Source: an uncultured archaeon
GTDB lineage: Archaea > Iainarchaeota > Iainarchaeia > Iainarchaeales > Iainarchaeaceae
Direction of reading: 5' to 3'
Assembly (NCBI GenBank): GCA_964577555.1
Contig: CAZNZM010000001.1
Location: forward strand, 87,278-119,277
Length of the DNA: 32,000 bases
Numbering within the stretch: the stretch's first letter is position 1; the number at the start of each line of letters is the position of its first letter. Below, in pieces: positions 23,588 through 30,690 of this stretch. Both the position numbers and the translations under genes were made by a program. Below the pieces are notes generated by a model that saw nothing but the letters and a program-made list of their open reading frames with translations, was not told the origin of the DNA and did not search any database.

Positions 23588-24595
23588 ATGTATGAAGGGT
23601 TTTCATCATTAATTCCTAAAAAAGTCTATGAAGCTTACAAAAAAGAAATAATATATAATGGCTTGAAAATAAGGCCTGAAAAATTCATAGGTTTTTTGTT
23701 TTATTTTGGACTTCTTGGAGGAATAGGCGCAGGATTAATTTTGAATAGATTTTTCAAAATTGATTTTCTCGTGACTTTCATTGTTTTTTTCTTATCAACA
23801 TTTATTTTGGCTTTTGTTTTAATGCGACTTAAATCCGAATCAAAAGGAAGGATTGCGGAAAATGTCCTACCTGATGCTCTTCAACTAGTGGCGGCAAACA
23901 TGAAAAGCGGATTAACAACTGAAAGGGCGCTTTTTGTAGCCGCAAGACCGGAATTTGGCCCGATACAAGTGGAACTGCTTAATGCAAGTAAACGCATTTC
24001 TACTGGTGAAAGAGTTGAAAAGGCATTGTTAGGAATAAGCGAAGCAATAAATTCAACAGTGGTTGAAAAAACAATGTGGCTTATCTCTGAAGGAATAAAA
24101 AGCGGAGCCCAAATGGCAGACCTTCTTTACCAACTGTCAGATGATTTGAAAAACGAACAAGCAATAAAAGAGGAAATAAAAGCGAATATTTCAATATATG
24201 TAATACTAATAATTTTTGCGGCAAGCATAGGGGGCCCGTTGCTTTTTGGAGTAAGCTCTTTCATAGTGCAAGTTCTGACAACTCAAATAAGCAAAACACC
24301 TGAAATGACAACAAGCAAAACCACGGGGCAAAGTAACATGCAAGGAAATTTATCTTTAATATCTCAATTTGCATCCGGAAAAAGGAAGTTTGTCAGCATA
24401 GAATTCATAATACAATTTTCCGTAATAATGCTAATAATGACAAGTTTTTTTGCTTCTCTCACAATAGGAGTAATAAATACGGGCAAGGAAATAAACGGAG
24501 TTAAAATGATTATCCCGATGATTATTATTTCATTAATAATTTTCTATTCAACAAGAGCGGTTTTGCTTTCAGTATTCAAAAATCTTATAACTTAA
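23588..24595 (+). CDS. Pilus platform membrane protein, single T2SSF domain (TadC-like half)
   Basis: 2-nt gap after the previous gene. T2SSF-type block LPDALQLVAANMKSGLTTERALFVAARPEFGPIQVELLNASKRISTGERVEKAL...ISEGIKSGAQMADLL with flanking TM helices. Confidence 0.85.
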   Translation: MYEGFSSLIPKKVYEAYKKEIIYNGLKIRPEKFIGFLFYFGLLGGIGAGLILNRFFKIDFLVTFIVFFLSTFILAFVLMRLKSESKGRIAENVLPDALQLVAANMKSGLTTERALFVAARPEFGPIQVELLNASKRISTGERVEKALLGISEAINSTVVEKTMWLISEGIKSGAQMADLLYQLSDDLKNEQAIKEEIKANISIYVILIIFAASIGGPLLFGVSSFIVQVLTTQISKTPEMTTSKTTGQSNMQGNLSLISQFASGKRKFVSIEFIIQFSVIMLIMTSFFASLTIGVINTGKEINGVKMIIPMIIISLIIFYSTRAVLLSVFKNLIT

Positions 24596-24601
24596 AAAAA
24601 A

Positions 24602-25489
24602 TCATGATTTGAATAAATTCGGAAAAAATTTCCAAACACCAACAACCAACAAAATTATAATTCCAAGAATTACAACAGGATACAACAAATCCATTATGCT
24701 TATTATGCCTTGCCCTTGATTTTTAAATTCTCCTTGTGTTTGCTTGTTTTTATCATCGGAAACAATAACAGGCTTGATTGGTTTTTTCCCTGAAAGTTTG
24801 TTTGAATCGTTTGCCACTTGGGTTCCGGAAACATTAAAATCGATTCTTTTTTCCAAAGAATAATACTTTATTTTTTTGTCTGTGGAATAAACAGTTACAA
24901 GCGCAACATACTCGCCTTCTGAAGCTGGCTTCCAGAGTTTTTTAAAACTTGCATTTGTGGTTTCATTTGGCAGAACATTTTTCAATTTTAGGATGTCTGA
25001 ATGAACCACTTTATTCTTATAAGATATTTTCAATTCAATTAAGGCGTCTAAAGGGGCGTTGCCGTTTTCAAGATTTAAAGAAAGATTTTTGTCTTTCCCG
25101 CTTTTTAAGTCTTCAAGCAACAAATCAACATTAGAAATCTTTTTTATTGGTTGAGTGACACTTGGACTTTCCACTATGCCGGAACCGCCAGAAGAACCTG
25201 AACCTGTGCCACTTTGTATTCCGCTTTGCTGGGATTGGTTTGTGTTTGATTGTGTTTGATTGACACATGAACCGCAATCTGACGGACAATTACTGCAATT
25301 TTCACCGGATTGACAAATATTATTTCCGCATAAAACTGTTTCAGGGTCAAGTTCAGTTATATCAATATCGCTCGGAGTAGGCGGGTATGGAACAAAACCT
25401 GTTGTGGGAATTGAAATAGTCGTGGTTGAAAAAAAAACAAAAGATAATACTGCTAAGAAAATAAAAAAAAATGAATTATAAGTTTTCAT
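24602..25489 (-). CDS. Secreted, C-terminally anchored surface protein with Cys-knot, Q/S/G/N linker and CARDB-like beta-sandwich
   Basis: The likely start is ATG at 25489 (MKTYNSFFFIFLAVLSFVFFS signal). The track start 25579 adds an implausible leader. CGNNICQSGENCSNCPSDCGSC motif. C-terminal TM VVILGIIILLVVGVW. The stop lies 6 nt from the convergent platform gene. Confidence 0.75.
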   Translation of the reverse strand: MKTYNSFFFIFLAVLSFVFFSTTTISIPTTGFVPYPPTPSDIDITELDPETVLCGNNICQSGENCSNCPSDCGSCVNQTQSNTNQSQQSGIQSGTGSGSSGGSGIVESPSVTQPIKKISNVDLLLEDLKSGKDKNLSLNLENGNAPLDALIELKISYKNKVVHSDILKLKNVLPNETTNASFKKLWKPASEGEYVALVTVYSTDKKIKYYSLEKRIDFNVSGTQVANDSNKLSGKKPIKPVIVSDDKNKQTQGEFKNQGQGIISIMDLLYPVVILGIIILLVVGVWKFFPNLFKS

Positions 25490-25614
25490 AATGCTATAAT
25501 AAATGAATAACTTATTTATATAATCGTAACAATTTGTGATTAAAACCCAATTTTTTACAATTTTAAATTTTAAACGCATAAATTATTATTGCAACTTTGC
25601 AAAAAAAATAGGTT

Positions 25615-25636
25615 ATTGCTCCCTTTCGGGAGCAAT
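25615..25636 (-). terminator. Perfect 9-bp hairpin followed by T8 on the - strand, downstream of the candidate major pilin gene
   Basis: attgctccc-tttc-gggagcaat (25615-25636), 18 nt after the pilin stop. On the - strand it is followed by aaccta + T8 (25601-25608). Confidence 0.6.
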
Positions 25637-25654
25637 TTTATTTTATTATAAAAT

Positions 25655-26080
25655 TTATACTTGGCCGCTGCAGCTTCCTGTAGCGTTTTGGTCAAATGTG
25701 CCGTCATTATAACCCAAATTCAAGTTATAAGCTACATTTCCTGCTGGAGTTCCGGTGAGAGTCAATGTGAAGCTTTCACCTGGACTCACAGAGCCAGAAC
25801 GTGATGCAGGTGCAAGATCGCCTGTCCCGGAAGTCCTTGTAGCTGTCAATGCTACATTTGTGATTGTCTTACCGCTTCCGTTTGCTATTTCAACTTGCAA
25901 ACCTGTATTATCCAACTTGTAACCTTTAATAGTCATGTTGTTGGTTAATCCTGTACAAGTAGTCGATGTTTTTGGTATTATAAAGTACAATGCAGCAATA
26001 ACTGCTACAATGACAATCAGCGCCCAACCGTATGTCATAAGGTATTCAAGTGCTGATTGACCTCTTTTGTTACTAATCAT
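25655..26080 (-). CDS. Candidate major pilin (class III signal peptide; T/S/G/N-rich globular part)
   Basis: MISNKRG-QSALEYLMTYGWALIVIVAVIAALYFII is a textbook archaeal prepilin N-terminus. Two Cys near the ends of the globular part. N-x-S/T sequons NMT, NGS, NAT. Monocistronic with its own SD and terminator. Visibly more G+C-rich than its surroundings. Confidence 0.85.
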   Translation of the reverse strand: MISNKRGQSALEYLMTYGWALIVIVAVIAALYFIIPKTSTTCTGLTNNMTIKGYKLDNTGLQVEIANGSGKTITNVALTATRTSGTGDLAPASRSGSVSPGESFTLTLTGTPAGNVAYNLNLGYNDGTFDQNATGSCSGQV

Positions 26081-26085
26081 TTTTT

Positions 26086-26092
26086 CCCTCCC
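26086..26092 (-). promoter_or_regulatory. Strong Shine-Dalgarno (GGGAGGG) 5 nt upstream of the pilin ATG
   Basis: The - strand reads gtaaGGGAGGGaaaaaATG. Confidence 0.55.
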
Positions 26093-26137
26093 TTACGGCT
26101 TTTCATTATAAAGCCTTTGTTGTAAATAGGATTTTCT

Positions 26138-26149
26138 TATATATAAACT
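26138..26149 (-). promoter_or_regulatory. TATA-box-like element (- strand GTTTATATATAA) about 58 nt upstream of the pilin ATG
   Basis: The position is compatible with a 30-35 nt leader carrying the SD. The AT-rich background makes this weak. Confidence 0.3.
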
Positions 26150-26155
26150 ATTTGG

Positions 26156-26635
26156 TTAGGATTTCTTAAATTTGTGCTTTAATTTTTCTTCCACTTTTTC
26201 AGGAACGAATTTGCTTATGTCTCCATTATATGAAGCTATTTCTTTTACAACGCTTGAAGTGATATAAAAGTAATCGGGGCTTGTCATTACGAATACGCTT
26301 TCAATATCTTTGCCTATCAAAGAATTTACTATTGCTTGTTGGAATTCAAAAGGAAAATCGCTGGTTTCCCTCAAGCCACGAAGAATTATGTTGGCGTTTT
26401 CTTTTTTCATGAAATCAACCAGCAAAGAGTCAAATATTTTTACTTCGACATTTTTGATTCCTTTAACGCTTTCAACAACCATTTCTTCCCTTTCCCTTGC
26501 TGAAAATAAAGGTTTTTTTACTGGGTTTTCTGCTATTGCAACAACCAATTTGGAAAAAATTTTGGAACCGCGCTTTATAACGTCAATGTGTCCAAAAGTA
26601 ATTGGGTCAAAAGTACCTGGATAAATCGCCTTCAT
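26156..26635 (-). CDS. coaD: Phosphopantetheine adenylyltransferase, bacterial CoaD type
   Basis: MKAIYPGTFDPITFGHIDVIKRG (T/HxGH nucleotidyltransferase motif), ILRGLRETSDFPFE, ITSSVVKEIASYNGDISKFVP. Collinear with E. coli CoaD over the full length. Confidence 0.93.
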   Translation of the reverse strand: MKAIYPGTFDPITFGHIDVIKRGSKIFSKLVVAIAENPVKKPLFSAREREEMVVESVKGIKNVEVKIFDSLLVDFMKKENANIILRGLRETSDFPFEFQQAIVNSLIGKDIESVFVMTSPDYFYITSSVVKEIASYNGDISKFVPEKVEEKLKHKFKKS

Positions 26636-27226
26636 TTAAAAACCCTTCCAATTTTTAACATGCTGCGACAACTCTGAAGCTATTTGTTTTGCTTTAATGC
26701 TAATCTCTGAAATATTTGCGTCAGTATTAACTACAAAATGAGCTGCTCTTGAAACCCTGTCAAAAGTGTATTGAAATGCCACTCTTTTTTCAAATTCTTC
26801 TTCGGCAAAGCCAGATTTCAAGGCTCTTTGCTTGCAAACTTCATGCGGCGCGTATGTCAAAATTATTTTGTCAAAAAGCCGCTCCATCTTGGCTTCAAAA
26901 AGCAATGGCACTTCAACAAAACAAATATCTCCCACGTGGTTGATTTCTGAAATTTTTTGAATTACAATTGGATGAATTATTTGGTTAAGCCTTTTAAGTT
27001 TAATTGAACTGTTGAAAACTTTTTTTGCAAGAAGGCTTCTGTCTACTTTTCTGTTAACTACCACATCTTGCCCAAATTCATCACCTATTAATTTTATTAT
27101 CTCCAGCTTTTTGTAAATATCGGAAACTATTTCATCAGAATCATAAGTTGCATAACCAAGCCTTTCAAAAGCCCGCCTGAGAGTGCTTTTTCCTGAACCT
27201 AAATTGCCAGTAATCGCAACAAGCAT
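26636..27226 (-). CDS. coaE: Dephospho-CoA kinase, bacterial/eukaryotic CoaE type
   Basis: P-loop ITGNLGSGKST at the N-terminus, IIHPIV, VEVPLLFE blocks as in CoaE. Abuts coaD with no gap. Confidence 0.9.
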   Translation of the reverse strand: MLVAITGNLGSGKSTLRRAFERLGYATYDSDEIVSDIYKKLEIIKLIGDEFGQDVVVNRKVDRSLLAKKVFNSSIKLKRLNQIIHPIVIQKISEINHVGDICFVEVPLLFEAKMERLFDKIILTYAPHEVCKQRALKSGFAEEEFEKRVAFQYTFDRVSRAAHFVVNTDANISEISIKAKQIASELSQHVKNWKGF

Positions 27227-27331
27227 TATATAATAATGATTGAATTCAATAAAAATTTAGTGTATTTAAAAAGTGCAATTTAACGGTTTATAGCCTATGG
27301 TTAATTAAAGTTTTATTGTAAAGTTTCTTTT

Positions 27332-28699
27332 ATGAACGCGGAAATTTTCAGGGAATATGACATAAGAGGTTTAGGGGAAACTGACCTAACCGACGAAGTA
27401 GTTGTTAAAATTGGCAAAGCCTATGGGACAATGGTTTTACAAAAAGGCGGAAAAGAAGTAGTAATAGGAAATGACAACAGAGAAACAAGCCCAAGAATTC
27501 TTAAATCATTGGTTTCAGGAATTACAAGCACCGGACTTAAAGTTATATTAATAGGCGAAGCCACGACACCTGAACTTTATTTTGCAGTCAATTATCTTGA
27601 CAAGGACGGCGGAATAAATGTGACAGGAAGCCACAATCCGCCTGAATACAATGGATTCAAAATACTTGTTGGAAAAGAAGCAATACATGGCAAAGCCATA
27701 CAAAAATTGAAAAGAATTGCTCAATCTGGAAAATTTTTAGATGGAAGAGGCGATGTTTCAAAAATAAACATTGATAATGAATATTTGAATGAAATAGCAA
27801 AGCGGGTTAATGTCAAAAGAAAATTAAAAGTAGTGATTGATGCGGGAAACGGCATGGCATCAGAGCTTGCACCAAAACTTATGAAAATTCTTGGTTGTGA
27901 AGTAAAAGAACTTTTTTGTGAAAAATTGCAAGGATACCCGAATCATATTCCTGACCCAAGCCAAGAAAAAAATGTTGTTGAGCTTGAAAAAGAAGTTGTA
28001 AAAGAAAAGGCTGATTTAGGAATTGCTTTTGATGGCGATGCTGATAGAATAGGAATTGTTGATGAAAAAAGCAAACTTGTTTTCGGCGACAAGCTTCTTG
28101 GAATACTTGCAAAACACGAATTGGCAAAAAAACCAGGTTCTACAATAATCTTTGAAGTAAAATGCTCGCAAGGATTGGAAGAATGGATTTCTAAACTTGG
28201 CGGAAAACCATTAATGTGGAAAACAGGGCACAGTTTAATAAAAGAAAAAATGAAAAAAGAAAAAGCTATTCTTGCGGGCGAAATGTCAGGACATATGTTC
28301 TTTGCAAACGACTGGTATGGCTTTGACGACGCTTTGCTTGCGGCTGCAAAAGTAATTGAAATAGCATCAGCATCAAAAATGAAAATAAGCGAAATGGTTT
28401 CAGAACAACCGGATTACTTTGCTTCCCCGGAATATAGAGTTGACTTTCCAGACTCGGAAAAATTCGCTTTCGTTGAAAAAGCAAAAAAACATTTTTCAAA
28501 AAAATACAAAATAATTGATGTAGATGGGGCAAGAGTTTTATTTCCTAACGGGTGGGCCCTTGTAAGAGCCTCAAATACCCAACCAAAATTGATTTTAAGA
28601 ATGGAAGGCAAAACCGAAAAGGATTTAGAAGAAATAAAGAAAAAATTTCTCATGGAAGTAAAAGAATTTTACCCTAAAGGAATCAAACTAGCCGAATGA
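27332..28699 (+). CDS. Phosphohexomutase (phosphomannomutase/phosphoglucomutase/GlmM family)
   Basis: FREYDIRG start, catalytic TGSHNPPEYNGFK, metal loop FDGDADR, GEMSGH sugar-binding loop, RASNTQP phosphate-binding loop. Confidence 0.92.
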   Translation: MNAEIFREYDIRGLGETDLTDEVVVKIGKAYGTMVLQKGGKEVVIGNDNRETSPRILKSLVSGITSTGLKVILIGEATTPELYFAVNYLDKDGGINVTGSHNPPEYNGFKILVGKEAIHGKAIQKLKRIAQSGKFLDGRGDVSKINIDNEYLNEIAKRVNVKRKLKVVIDAGNGMASELAPKLMKILGCEVKELFCEKLQGYPNHIPDPSQEKNVVELEKEVVKEKADLGIAFDGDADRIGIVDEKSKLVFGDKLLGILAKHELAKKPGSTIIFEVKCSQGLEEWISKLGGKPLMWKTGHSLIKEKMKKEKAILAGEMSGHMFFANDWYGFDDALLAAAKVIEIASASKMKISEMVSEQPDYFASPEYRVDFPDSEKFAFVEKAKKHFSKKYKIIDVDGARVLFPNGWALVRASNTQPKLILRMEGKTEKDLEEIKKKFLMEVKEFYPKGIKLAE

Positions 28700-28814
28700 A
28701 TTGGTGAATTGATGCCTATTAAAGCATATTCAGCTAAAAATAAGTAGTATAACCTAATTTATGTGGTTTTAATAGATTTTTAAAAGGGAAAGACAGGTTA
28801 TATATCTGATAACA

Positions 28815-30596
28815 ATGCGTTTATCAGCACTTATATTGACAATTGTCTTGGTTATTGCGTTTTTACCATGCGTATTTGCATGGGACGTTTTTTGGCTCAG
28901 GGGAGAAGACACCCAAATATTGGTAAACGGAAATTTTCACAATTCAATTTCTGAAGGAAAGCCGACAGAATTTGTCAATGAAACCAAAATAGAATTAAAC
29001 CAGAAAAATAAAACTGTGGAATTTTATCATGAGCCTCTTCAAACCGACATAAAATTGTCTGGCAAAGCATATTTATGGATTTCCAAAATCAAAGGCTCTG
29101 GAAAATTAAGGTTCAACATTATTGATTTTAACCCCAATTCAAACAATGAAACCAAAATAGCATCTTCTCAATGGACAGAAATCATAAATGAAAAGCCATT
29201 CGAAGCCACAGCCGAGATAGGAGAAAGCTACATACTTGAAAAATCAAACATGCTAAAAATTTTGATTGAATTGTCAGGGGAAAAAGATTCGGCGGAATTC
29301 CTTTTAGACAAATTCGAAGAAGACTCGGAAACTTCTTGGAGCGCTCCAAACAACGAAATCTACTCAATAAAAGGAATACGCGAGACAGGGGCAATACTTT
29401 TTGACGCATACGGATTGCCACCAATAATTTGCAGAAGCCCGACTGAATGCCAAGACAATAACGCTTCAACCACTGACATATGCTTCTTTCCAGACACATA
29501 CAAATCATTTTGCGGAAACGAATATGAAGGCTGCACTATTTCATGCAACGAAAAAAAAGACTGCACAGAAAAAAAATTAGGCGAATGCATAAAGCCTGGA
29601 AGCTGTTCAAGTTATTGCTTATACGGCGAAGCCAAAACCAAGGAAATTCAACAAAACCAAGAAAACAAGAAAAAAACAGGATTGTATGTTGAATTACAAA
29701 AATTTTCGCAAAAAGAATACAAAAAAGGTTCATTTGTCAGAATAAGTGCAACAGTATTTGACAACTCAGGAAAAAAAATTTTCGACGCAAGAATGCGGGG
29801 AGAAAATTCACAAGGAGTAACCTTTCCAATGAGAGATATAGGAATAGGAACATATGAAGGGTTTTTCCAAATACCCAACCAAATCAAGCCAGGAATAATG
29901 TATGTCAAGGTTATAGCTGAACGCGAAGGAGTTGAAGCATCTGACGAAGAATCTTTCAAGATAACGAATTCAAAAATTAACCTGGAAATAACAACAAAAA
30001 AATCAAAACAAGTTGGATCGGAAAAAATAGTTTATTTGGCAAACAAAAATTCAGGAAATTTTGAAATAGGGGAAAAAATAATATTCAACGTCAAAGCTGA
30101 ATATGAAAACACAGAACCGGTAATAACTGATAATATTTACGCGGAAATAAAATCAAAGCCGATACAGCTAAAAGCAATAGATAAAGGATTATATGAGGGC
30201 GAATACTTAGTAGGCGAAAAAGATGAAGGAACACTGCCTGTAAAAATATATTTAGACGACGGCTATGGCAACCTCGTTGAAGAAAAATTTGAATTAACAA
30301 TAACCGGAATTACATTAACAAGTTGGCTCCTTCAAAACAGTTTATTAGTAGCAATATTAGGAACAATTGCATTAATTTTGATTTGGCACGGATTTTTGTT
30401 TATTGAACACAAAAACAAAATAAACGAACTAAAAAAAAGAGAAGCTGAAATAATTACGGAAATAAAAAACCTTCAAACAGAATATTTCATAAATGGAAAA
30501 ATAGACAAAAACGTTTATACAAAAAAAATGACTCATTTGGAACCGGAATTAAAAAAAATAAGGCAAGAAATAAGTGCTGCACAAAAAAACGGATAA
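28815..30596 (+). CDS. Large surface protein: signal peptide, Cys-rich knot, Ig/CARDB-like repeats, TM anchor, short cytoplasmic coiled-coil tail
   Basis: MRLSALILTIVLVIAFLPCVFA signal. Cys block CRSPTECQDNNASTTDICFF...CGNEYEGCTISCNEKKDCTEKKLGECIKPGSCSSYC. TM helix LLVAILGTIALILIWHGFLFI. The tail NELKKREAEIITEIKNLQTEYFINGKIDKNVYTKK is SHOCT-like (tentative). Confidence 0.75.
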   Translation: MRLSALILTIVLVIAFLPCVFAWDVFWLRGEDTQILVNGNFHNSISEGKPTEFVNETKIELNQKNKTVEFYHEPLQTDIKLSGKAYLWISKIKGSGKLRFNIIDFNPNSNNETKIASSQWTEIINEKPFEATAEIGESYILEKSNMLKILIELSGEKDSAEFLLDKFEEDSETSWSAPNNEIYSIKGIRETGAILFDAYGLPPIICRSPTECQDNNASTTDICFFPDTYKSFCGNEYEGCTISCNEKKDCTEKKLGECIKPGSCSSYCLYGEAKTKEIQQNQENKKKTGLYVELQKFSQKEYKKGSFVRISATVFDNSGKKIFDARMRGENSQGVTFPMRDIGIGTYEGFFQIPNQIKPGIMYVKVIAEREGVEASDEESFKITNSKINLEITTKKSKQVGSEKIVYLANKNSGNFEIGEKIIFNVKAEYENTEPVITDNIYAEIKSKPIQLKAIDKGLYEGEYLVGEKDEGTLPVKIYLDDGYGNLVEEKFELTITGITLTSWLLQNSLLVAILGTIALILIWHGFLFIEHKNKINELKKREAEIITEIKNLQTEYFINGKIDKNVYTKKMTHLEPELKKIRQEISAAQKNG

Positions 30597-30690
30597 AAAT
30601 ACCAAAAGACAAAGAGCGATATGTTTTTTAGCGGTAATAACTACGTTATTTGGAAACAATAAATGCCTTAATCGACTCTATGGTGTAAAA

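Noticed and set aside
25490-25579. N-terminal 30 codons of the track ORF 24602-25579
   Set aside because: The internal ATG at 25489 gives a normal signal peptide (MKTYNSFFFIFLAVLSFVFF). The extension would bury that peptide behind a non-signal leader.
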